A stretch of DNA of 64,000 nucleotides from Camelus dromedarius (Eukaryota), in assembly GCF_036321535.1 (NCBI RefSeq), contig NC_087472.1, positions 100,566,001 through 100,630,000 on the forward strand, written 5' to 3'. Shown here piece by piece: positions 53,946 through 64,000 of this stretch. Made by a program: the position numbers and the translations under genes. Position 1 is the first letter of the stretch. Every line of letters begins with the position of its first letter. The notes beneath the pieces are model-generated. The model did no database searches and was not told the DNA's origin. It saw only the letters and a list, made by a program, of their open reading frames with translations.

Positions 53946-56900
53946 CCCACAAACTCGCGCTGAACTAAGTGCAAGCAAGGCACAGGAACTCCCCCAGCTT
54001 CCCTGCCTCTGGAGGTGGGGCCCGGGGCTTCCAGGTCACAGGACACCAGATCTGCCTGATGGCAACACAGGCCAGGCTGGGGGAGGCTCTGCGGTCATGC
54101 CGGTGTGTCCCCAGTGGACGTCTGGCTGGAGGTCAGTTAGAGCTTCTGTAGCTCTTAGGCACAGTGAACAAACAGAGCGTTTGCTACACAATAACTGCCT
54201 GGAAAAAAGAGGTTATAAGTGCTCCTCGAGTGAAAAAAGAAAGAAAAAAGACCAGAAGATTGGGAGGCAAGAGAAACAGTTTGTCAGTTGATTGATGCCA
54301 GTTGACTGATGCCATTTCGACAGGAGGCTCGGCCTCTCTTGATGTAAATTCCAGCGGAACACCTCTCAGTTCTATTGACTTGCACACAAGTCTGGCAAAT
54401 CGCTTTTGTCTTCCCTGCTTCCTTGTTGTCACAGGGTACAGAAGCCTCCTACCCCCTCCCTTGGCGCCATTATCTTTCAAGGTGACTCTTAATCTTTTGA
54501 AGTCCCTGCCATCTGTTCCGTACAGCTCTGCACTTTGTGTGTTCCCAGAATGCCTTCTGTTCTCCCGGACTTGGCCACGGATAGCTCTGCTTGTGAGGGG
54601 AAAGCAAAGCCACAGTGCTGCCTTCTTAGAGCCCAGCATCCCTCTTGCCCCCTCAAAGCCATCTAGGAAACACCGTGTCCTTAAGTTACCAAGAGAGTTC
54701 TCCGAGGAACAAGACCTGAACTGCAAGAAAGATTGTTCGCGAAGCTAATGCACAGAGTGTTTGATGGTTTGGGAGAGGAAAAAATTCCATCAGAAAACAA
54801 CTATGTATGTTTTTAAGGAACATATGTGCAATTTTGGCAAAAATGCCTTCTTAGAAGGACTGGAATCATTGGAACCAATGAACTCTCAAGTCACATGATT
54901 CATCCCTCTGCCTTGTTGCAATATGTCAAGCATTCTGAAAAATCAATTTACTCGAGAAAGCACTAACTGGGCCTATTAATGGCTCGGCTTACAGAATATG
55001 GACTAGTGTGGCGGGGATGAAAAAACGCCTGTCTTGTTTTTAAGACCTCTAAGGAGGCACGTTGTCCCTGCCTTCCATGGAAGCGTTCCTAGCACTGGTC
55101 CTTCAGGACAGCCACGCCTCAAACCTAGATCCTGAGCGGCTCTGGCCCCTCTCAGTGCAGCGGCTGCCAGCCACTTCTGCCTCCAGCTGGTGGGCTGAGG
55201 ACCCAGGTTTTGCCAAGGGCACGGCTTTGAGTTGTCCAAGTAGGACCAAGCTGTATCTGAACCAGGCCCAGGGCAATGGTTGCACCTTTCATTTTTCCTG
55301 TTTGAAAGACCTTTCCAGATGCAAACCCAGGTTAGCCTGTCCAAGGAGAATTCACAGTCACTGGCTCTATTCTCTCATGGCCTGTGTCACCTTTCGCTAC
55401 CATGTCACAGTTTTTAGTTGCAACTTACAGCAAATCTAGCTGGTTAGGAAATGTGTTTCCTAAAGGATATTGGATAAGTCACATGATCATCAAGCTTGGC
55501 GACTCCCTGACCAAGAACAAGGCCTCATGGTCGCTCCCAGGCTCACACCACAGATGCCCCCAAAGCCAACCACTGTCACTAGGAGCCTCGCCTCTGCTTT
55601 TTCAGGCACTAAATATAGAGGCTGCCACCTGTCACCAGAGTAGATTTCACACAGCCTCTAGCTGTCAAGTCAGACTCCGCCAGGTGTGTGGCATCAGCTG
55701 AGGGCTTGCCAGCTGAAAGGGAGTTTGGAAAAGCCAGTGTCTGAGTTCCCCCTTCTCAAGGGGAGGTGGGGCCAGCTTTATAATTTGGGGAACCCCCAGA
55801 CCCAGGAAGGGGGTTCACATGCTGAGCATCCAAAACTAAATACCCACCACAGCCAGAACCCTTGGCTTGTGTTCCTTTGTCCAGAGGACATGTGATCCCC
55901 CAGGGTCTGACCTCTGGGGAGGCTTGTGCAGCGGGAGTCGAGGGCACACAGGGTGCCCCCAGGCATGCGGAGGGCCTCCCAGTGCCCCCTCTGGGCTCAA
56001 GCTGGGCCAATCGCAGCTTCTCTCTTTGGGTAGAAATGTTCCTAAATTGTGCTGGCTGGGGTGCCGCTGCTGCCTGGCCTGCCTGCCCAGAACCACCTCC
56101 TGCCGCTCAGCTTCCAAGGAGCTGTCGCAAAGCTCCTGGCTCACCAGCCCAGCCCTGGTAGCCTTTTCCTGGACCCTGAGTGACAGCCTGCCTGGGTTGA
56201 AGATGCAAATGATTGTCACATCTTTCCTTCTAAGTCTTTAGCCAGCTGGTGGATTTAAAAATAAAGAGTTGGAACTGATTCGCGGTGTAAGCCTCTCTCC
56301 TGACAGTGTGAATAAATTCCCCCAGCTGTCACCAAGGCCTGTTCCCAAGTTCTCGCAGGCATCCGAGCCACTCTCTCCTGGGCTCAAGGGAGCCCAGCAG
56401 CGGAGGCGCATCGGCCTCTGGCGCTCCCCTCCCTCCCTCCCTCTCTCCCTCTGCGGCAGCTCCTGCCACAGTGCTCTCTCCCTCATTAACCACAGAGCTC
56501 CATCTGGAGCGAAAACAGTCCATCAGGTGCCGAGGCGGCAGAGGCAGCTCTCTGTGCCTGGAGATGAAACCCAGCTCAGCGGCCAGGGGGTGCAGAGCAC
56601 TGGGGCCTGAACTGACCTTGCAGCCCGAGTCTCCCAAAAAGTCTCTGGGCTCTTCATCCCCCAGAGCAGCAAGCCACCTTGTGCTCAGGTGATCACACAC
56701 ACCCCCACCCCCCATGGGTTTCTGTCCCCAGGCCCCGAGTGAGACTGCGGGTGGCTGGGCCTGTGCTCGGCAGGCTGGGGTGCAGCAGCCCACGCCCAGT
56801 AGGGCAAGAAACAAAATAAGCAAGTCTTTGGGAGAGAGGAGTCAAATCAGAGCACAGAGCTGAGAAGGGTTCGCTCTGAGCATGCGGCTTGGGGAGGCTC

Positions 56901-57252
56901 TGCAGAGTAAGCGCGCCTCCCCCAGCACCAGGACCACCATGGTTCCTCAACAACAATGGCTCAGGGGGAAGAGGGCTCCACCCATGCTGCTCCGAAGGAT
57001 TTACGTGGGAGCATGCTGACTCGAGCAAGCCCTACCCTGGTGTGATGCTCCCCACCACACTGCCCAGAGCAGGTCAAGGGTGAGTGAAACACCCACCTGT
57101 AAAATGTTCTGGATGACAGAGCAAGAGCTTCTCGAGAATATCCATCAGTATTAGACAGTGGCCTACAGACGTCTAAACACTGTGTGTGCGTGCGTGTGTG
57201 CGCGCAGGGCCAAGCCCATCTCCCTGTCTCTCTGCAGCTCCCCCAAGGGGGC

Positions 57253-57872
57253 TGAGAAACCAACCCCCGACTCCTCCCTCCCTCTCCTGGCCCAGACAAT
57301 AAACAAATGATCTATTTGATACATAATGTGTCAGGATGACAAGAGCCTGGGCAAGATTAAGGCAAACTGCAGAGAGGCCTGGGGTGAGACAAGAGGGAAG
57401 GGGGCAGGGCACAACCATTAAAAAAATGATGCAGCCATTGAAGACAGAACATAAACTGGTTAGAACCAAGACGGCAGAAGATTTGACTTCTAGTAGACCT
57501 TGAGCCTCGTGACACATCCACGTCCACCATGACAGGTCCCAGACTGACCAGAAAAGGCCCAAAAGTGGGCAGTACCAAATCCCTGGAAATCTGCCCCCTT
57601 CTGCAACAGACTTGGAATAATCCTCCCACTCGTTAGCATATGAAATTACCCAGCTCATAAAAACTAACCAGCCCTGCACCTCATGAGTGAAAGCGGCCAG
57701 GTTCCGTCTTTAGCATGTATATCTCCTAAGGCCACCTCTCTAGCTTTCTGAGGTGGCCTGCACTCTGTCTATGGAGTGTGTATCTCCCTGAATAAATCTT
57801 CTTTCACTTTAATATGGTTTGCTCTTGAATCCTTCCCTGTGCGAGACAAGAACCTATTCTCCAGCAACAACG
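57253..57872 (+). mobile_element. ERV1 solo LTR, MER41-like
   Basis: starts TG, probable TSD GGGC (57249-57252 / 57873-57876, 3' CA read as CG), TATA-like CATAAAAA near 57656, AATAAA at 57791-57796, MER41-like GGAATAATCCTCCC and TAGCATAT motifs. Confidence 0.75.
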
Positions 57873-58574
57873 GGGCTACAATTCCTGCTCAGAGCGAGGG
57901 GCTGCAAAGGAAACAGTAGCTGGATATTGCCCCCAGGCTCACCCTAAGGCTGTTGTCTCCTACTCTCCCTGCCCTTGGAGAGATTTCTCCTGTCCCCAAC
58001 CCAGGGGACATCAGACCTCTTCTCCGCTATCTACAAGTGTGCACCTGCCTTTCCCAGTGGGGCCTTAGAAAGCAGGAGGAAGACTAGGGGGCTTAGGCCT
58101 TCCAGGCTCGAAAGGCTTCACATTCTGCAAGCCTTTCAAAGGCTGCTTCCTCTGCACTTTAAATAGATGTGCTATTCTGAGTTTTAAATTTGACACATTT
58201 CTTTTTCTGAACCTAAAAAAGGCACAATGGAGAAAGCAAGCCAGCAAGAAATGTCGTGAGTCACCCTGGGGAGGAAGGGAGCTGCTCCCTGCTTGGAGGC
58301 AGTGGTCAGGGGAACATTCCAAGGGTGTGTGTGCCTCGATAGGGGAGAGTGGAAATGGGTGGGAACAGCTGAGGTCAACAGGATGGGCTCTGAGTCGTCT
58401 CTGGAATAGGTGACTGTGTTCTGCGGGTCTTGTGTCTGGGCAAGCCTCAGGTACATTGGAAAGACAGAGGAAGGCAGCAGAGATTTAAACTGAACATCGG
58501 GTCTAGTAACACATCCCTCAGACATTGGTGAAGAACATTTCATCATTAGACTTTTGCTTAGTTAGATGACCACA

Positions 58575-58690
58575 GTTAGCACCAGGATTTTACAAACAGG
58601 GAAACTGAGGCTCAAGAGACTTGTGAGTTTCATAAATTCTCCTGCATTAGAGCAAGACTGAAGCCTATGTTCTGAGATTCCATGTTTACC
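58575..58690 (-). mobile_element. MIR SINE fragment
   Basis: TTTTACAAACAGGGAAACTGAGGCTCAAG. Confidence 0.65.
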
Positions 58691-59509
58691 TAGATTTGGG
58701 CAGAGAGTGTTGCATTTCCTTTACAAATTTACCTCAGAAGAGAAACTCATTTTCTTGGATAACACAACATTTGGATACTAGATATGGAAAGAAATATTAC
58801 AGAGGACAGGAATTCTCAGTTTCCCATACAAGAATTAAAAGGCCTAATGTAGCCTATGATGATCCAAATCATGTCTGCAAACACGCAGCAGGATGCCCTC
58901 CACCCAATTTAAGAACCAGACTTGCCGATAAAGAGGTGAGCGCGGAGCTCAGGGCTAAACTACCAGTGCTCTGGGCTTGGTCCTCAGCCGGCCCTTAGTT
59001 CCCCATCTAAAGCTGGGAGGCCAAGTTCTGCTCCACGTTCTCTAAAGGTCCATTTCAAATCAAGAAATGTGGTTAGTGCTTTGGAAACCAAAGCTCTTAA
59101 CTAGAGTATCTGGTTTAACGTGGAACCCGCCACCCTAGAGACCTTGCCCAGATGGTGAGCCTTCGGCAAACCTGGAACGGAGGCAGCAGTTGGCTTACGG
59201 TGTCGTACCTCACTTTGACCACCTCCTGGGCCCCTGCACCCTTGGACTGTACAGAGTCTCTCAATGCCTCAATTTCCTCCTCTACGAGATGGTTAGTTGA
59301 TTATATAAAGCATCCTCACTGGGCAGTTCCAGAGACTAACAGGATAATGTGTGTAATTATCATCAAAATGATGTACATATAATGATAGGATAATGTATGT
59401 GAGCCACAGGCATGTGGCAGAGGCTTAGTCACCTTACCCTATGGTGCCCCCCACCTCAGTCTGCAGACTCCCACTCCCCAGGGGAGGCAGCCCAGGTGCT
59501 TCTGAATGT

Positions 59510-59625
59510 GGGCTGTGGGCTGTGGATTCAGCGAGTAGGACAGCAAGTCCTCTCTGAGCTGTTTCCTCACTGGTCAAGTGGGGATAATAGGACTCTTGTA
59601 AGGTTCTGAAGGACCATTACAATTA
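59510..59625 (+). mobile_element. MIR SINE fragment
   Basis: CTCTCTGAGCTGTTTCCTCACTGGTCAAGTGGGGATAATAG. Confidence 0.6.
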
Positions 59626-60236
59626 GACAATGGAAATTAAAAAATTGTTTTAAAAAAGGTCCATCAGGATTGCAATCTGGCAAAGCTTGAGTTAAGCCCA
59701 ATTCAGGTGTTATACTCTAGACAGGCCGTCTGCTCTGCCCTGAGCCGGGCTCTCTGCTGTGGACAAAACAGGGCAGACAGAGGTAGGGAATGGCACTTTG
59801 GGGAGGAGCAGCAAAGAGTTTCAAAGCCCTATCTTCATCTTCAACCTGAATTCCTCCTTCCTCTGGGATCTTGTCATCAAGGGCCTGGTGTGACAAGAGA
59901 GACCTGGAGCCTCCTCCCTTACTTGGTGCCCTGGGAGGAGAGAGCATCTGGGATGGGAGCAGGCATGGGCAGCAGCTGAGGGACAGAGCCAGGGAGGCAG
60001 CAGGACACCATGTCACTTGGCCTGAGGCCCCAAGAGCTGCCTCGCTCGAGAATGAGGAAGAGAATGAGGAGAATGACCTGTTCGGGCCAACCTGCATGTG
60101 AACTGGGGCTTAACACAGCACCTCCATCTCATATGATTGTTGCAAGAATTAAATGTATTCATTCTTAAAGTGCTTGGATATCACTTGGTACCACAGTAAG
60201 TGCTAAGTAAATGTTTGATTTAAAAAAAAAATTAAA

Positions 60237-60615
60237 GGGGAGGTGCCAAGACAGCAGAGTAGAGAGACTCACAGTTTGCCCTCTCCCACAAATACACCAA
60301 GAATTACATCTACAAACCCACTGAATCGCACAGAACACCTACTGAACTCTGGCAGAGTGCCTCTCACTTCAAAATACTGGGGGATTCTCACAAAAAAATC
60401 CTATTAACAAGTTTATACTGTATAGCACAGGGAACTATATTCAATATCTTGTAGTAATGTGGTGAAAAAGAATATGAAAACAAATACATCTATATTCATG
60501 TATGACTGAAGCATTGTGCTGTGCACCAGAAATTGACACATTGTAAACTGACTATACTTCAATAAAAAAATATATATATAAAGATTTTTTAAATAAAAAT
60601 TAAAATTAAAAAAAA
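60237..60615 (+). mobile_element. bipartite L1-derived element (L1 5'UTR-like head joined to L1 3'UTR tail)
   Basis: head GGGGAGGTGCCAAGACAGCAGAGTAG...CTCCCACAAATACACCAAG...CAGAACACCTACTGAAC; tail CTGTATAGCACAGGGAACTATATTCAATATCTTGTAGT...AATAAA (60561) and A-rich end. Confidence 0.7.
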
Positions 60616-61054
60616 TTAGTCAAAGTCCTGGAACCTAGTGAACATTCAGTGAATTCCTATTTTAAAACAGCCCCCAAATGCCTCCTCTCCCCTGCTGTCC
60701 TCACTCCACCCATCTCCTGTTTCCTCTGAGAGACTCACGCTGCTGAAGTGTAGAGGAAAGACTTGAGGGTCCCTGGTCATTCCTAACCTTTTCAGGGTGT
60801 TTGCATTTCATAAGTCACGTTTATCCTCAGTGAAAGCAGTAACTTGTGGAATTCTCAGCCTCTGAGTTAGATGGTGTGATGGGGAGCTAAAGGAGAAAGG
60901 AGATGGGAGGGTAAAAGGCCCTCAAACCCCACCTGTCATGTTTTCTGTCCAAGGAGGGGCTGCCACTGCCTACAGGTGCACTCCAAAGACGTATCAGCTC
61001 CCGGAACTCTAAAAGGCAGGATGGTACAAGTGGAAAGATTCTTCAGTCAGCTCT

Positions 61055-61690
61055 CAGGACACTTTCAGCTGTACATCATAGACTACCCAGCTATCAGTGG
61101 CTTACACCATAAAGACATTCATCATCTCATTTAATAAGAAGTCTGGGGCTGGGAGGTTGCAGGGTTGGTTCAGTGCCTCCATAATGTCATGAAGGCTCCA
61201 TGCCCTTCCCAACTTCCTTCTCCATCATCTTCAGAATGTGGTGTTTCCTCCTCTCGTGGTTGCAAGATGGCTGCCACAGTGCCAAGCATCACACATTTAA
61301 AGACAACATCCCAACCAGGGAGGGGCAGGACTTTCTTCTTGAGCTTCTCAAGCTTCTCTATTTATTCTCTCCCTCTATCTCCCTCATTCTCTCTCTGCCA
61401 ACCCATTCCAGGCAGGGAAATCTTTCCCAGAAGCCCCCTAGTAGACTTTCCTTAATTTGAATTGGCTAGAACTGAGTCACATGCCTGTTTTAGACTGATC
61501 ACTCGCAAAGATAAGAAAGACGAACAGGATAGCCTCAGAGCTATCAGAGTTTTAAATCCAGAACTATTGTAGCCCTGAGGGATGGAGCCACCTTCTGAGA
61601 CATCACCTGTCAAATACTTGACACAAAATTGGGGCCCTGTTAACAAGGAAGGAGGGGGATGGCTGCTGGATGGGCAACCTGGAGCCTGTC
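61055..61690 (-). mobile_element. old MaLR LTR (MLT1-type)
   Basis: CAGTGGCTTA...TGCAAGATGGCTGCC...TCTTTCCCAGAAGCCCC...ATTGGCTAGAACTGAGTCACATG. Confidence 0.7.
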
Positions 61691-61959
61691 CTGAACACTT
61701 AACCCCCTAGGTCATTGTCTTGGCCTCTTTCATACTTCCTGAAATTTCTCAGGCCTGTCCAGGGCCCTTTGCAGCTGTAGGAAACATGTTGCTCACTAAA
61801 TACTTTGGGCTCTTCTACTTGTTGCTGTAGCCCCCTTCCCTTGCCTTCCTACCTCCCCGCATGATGGGTTAAAGCAGAGAAATACAGACCAGCTGAGACA
61901 AACCACAATGGAGGCAAAGGTGTTAGAAACAAGCTACAAGAGAATGGTGATTACATGGT

Positions 61960-62510
61960 CCAGACTCACCAGTTAAAAGACAAATGTCAAAAAATTGAGT
62001 TAATATGGAGAGATATGTGCAGATTATAAGCCTATGAATATTAAAGGTTAGAAGGAAAAGGATGAAGAAGGATATGTCAGACTAACGTTAACCAGAAGAG
62101 AGTTGGTATCTCTGTGTTCATGTTAGGTAAAATAGACTTCAGGACAAAAAGAAATATTAAAGATGAAAAAGATGACTATGGGGTGATAAAAGAACAAATT
62201 CACCAATAAGAGATTTCCATTTTAAATATGTATGCATCCAAAAAGTAACTTCAAAATATACAAAGGAACCATTGAAAGAACTACAAGGTGAAATCAATGA
62301 CTCTATCTTCTTTTCAACATATGTCTTGACGACTGGTAAGTTAAGCAGAACAAAATCAAGAACATAGAAAATCTGAATGACACAATTAACCTTGATCGAA
62401 CGGACAGATAGACAAGTTGATGCAACAGTTTGAGAATATACATTTGGGTTCTCCAGGCACACTGGAGCATTACAAATTTTTATTGTATACTAAGCCATAA
62501 AGAAAACACT
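61960..62510 (+). mobile_element. old L1 ORF2 (endonuclease region) fragment
   Basis: AAAATAGACTTCAGGACAAAAA...ATGTATGCATC...TCAAAATATACAAAG; degraded, no open frame. Confidence 0.7.
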
Positions 62511-62514
62511 AATT

Positions 62515-63583
62515 GAAAAAAAGAAGGAAAGCTGGTGGTATCATGCTCCCTGACTTCAGGCTATACTACAAAGCTACAGTAATCAAAACAGTATGATACT
62601 AGCACAAAAAACAGATACACAGATCAATGGAACAAAATAAAGAGCCCAGAAATAAACCCACACACCTAAGATCAATTAATTTAGGACAAAAGAGGCAAGA
62701 ATACACAATGGAGAAAAGACAGTCTCTTCAAAAAGTGGTGCTGGGAAAACTGGACTATATGTAAATCAATGAAATTATAACACTCCCTCACACCATACAC
62801 AAAAATAAACTCAAAATGGATTAAAGACCTAAATGTAAGACTGGAAACCATAAGACTTCTAGAAGAAAACATAGGCAGAACATTCTTTGGCATAAATTGT
62901 AGCAGTATCTTTTTGGATCTGTCTCCTAAGGCAAAGGAAACAAAAGCAAAAACAAATAAATGGAACCTAATCAAACTTAATAGCTTTTGCATAGCAAAGG
63001 AAACCACTGACAAAATGAAAAGACAATTGAATGAGAGAAAATATTTGCAAATAATATTACTGGTAAGTGGTTAATATCCAAAATGTATAAACAGCTCATA
63101 CAACTCAATATAAAAAAAAAAATCAAAAAATGGCAGAAGACATGAATAGACATTTTTCCAAAGAAGCCATACAGATGGTCAACAGGCACATGAAAAGATA
63201 TTCAAGGTTACTAATCATCAGAGAAATGCAAATCAAACCCACTGTGAGAAATCACCCACACCTGTTAGAATGGCTATCTCCATAAAGTCTACAAACAACA
63301 AAATGTTGGCAAGGATGTGGAAAAAAGGGAACTCTTGTACACTGTTGGTGGGAATGTAAATTGGTGCAGCCACTATAGAAAACAGTATGGAGATTCCTCA
63401 AGAAAGCTAAAAATAGAACTATCATATGACCCAACAATTCCACTCCTGGGTATATATTGAAAAAAATGGCAAAAACACTAAATTGAAAAGATACATGCAC
63501 CCCAAAGTTCATAGTATCATTATTTACAATAGCCAAGATATGGAAGCAACCTAAGTGTCCATCAACAGATGAATGGAAAGAAG

Positions 63584-63630
<47 letters not shown>

Positions 63631-64000
63631 GGAACACTACTCAGCCATAAAAAAGAAGGAAATTCTTCCATTTGCAACAACAAAGGGTATTACGCTTAGT
63701 GAAGTAAGTCAGAAAAAAACAAATACTGTATGTTACCACTTATATGTGGAATCTAAAAATTAAAACGAATGAACATAACAAAACAGAAACAGATTTACAG
63801 ATATAGAGAACAAACTAGTGGTTATTAGTGGGGAGAAAGAAGGAGGTGGGTCAAGATGGGGTATTGTATTAAGATGCACCAACTAATATATATATAATAA
63901 ATAGGCTATAAGGATATATTGTACAGCACAAGGAATGTAGCCAATATTTTATAGTTACTTTAAATGGAGTATAATCTATAAAAATATTGAATCATGTTGT
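62515..64000 (+). mobile_element. L1 ORF2 3' part and 3'UTR (defective, runs off window end)
   Basis: CCCTGACTTCAGGCTATACTACAAAGCTACAGTAATCAAAACAG...GTGGTGCTGGGAAAACTGG...TGTGGAATCTAAAAA; stops/frameshifts. Confidence 0.93.
63587..63628. repeat. (CA)21 microsatellite within L1
   Basis: perfect CA run. Confidence 0.95.

Noticed and set aside
54184..54748. Overlapping 180-aa (-) and 148-aa (+) ORFs downstream of PHKA2
   Set aside because: Non-ATG starts, no recognisable domain and no convincing exon structure; consistent with chance ORFs
56920..56940. REST/NRSE-like CAGCACCAGGACC
   Set aside because: Spacing and right half do not fit TCAGCACCNNGGACAG
57173..57679. 168-aa minus-strand ORF
   Set aside because: Lies antisense across a solo LTR; no gag/pol/env similarity recognised
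62681..63763. Several minus- and plus-strand ORFs at the window end
   Set aside because: Antisense or fragmentary translations of a defective L1 and its CA repeat

Overview
Mammalian genomic DNA, most likely from a camelid (a Vic-1-type tRNA-derived SINE and cetartiodactyl-type L1 ends), presumably the X chromosome by PHKA2 synteny. The window holds coding exons 2-33 of PHKA2 (phosphorylase kinase regulatory subunit alpha 2, liver) on the + strand, from 2569 to the stop at 51010. All 32 exons have AG/GT boundaries and compatible phases. They sum to 3630 nt; adding the 78-nt first coding exon recalled for human (upstream, outside the window) gives 1235 aa, ending in the CaaX motif CQMQ, so the gene looks intact. 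The rest is intron, 3'UTR and intergenic DNA with ordinary repeats (L1, MIR, L2, MaLR/ERV LTRs, hAT and Tigger MITEs, CA microsatellites). I see no new gene system. The most interesting signals are retroelement architecture (a ~380-bp element that appears to join an L1 5' head directly to an L1 3' tail, an L1 with a replaced 3' tail, two hAT MITEs sharing one target site) and candidate splicing features of PHKA2. Repeat family names are from recall of consensus sequences, not from a search, and old-repeat boundaries are approximate.
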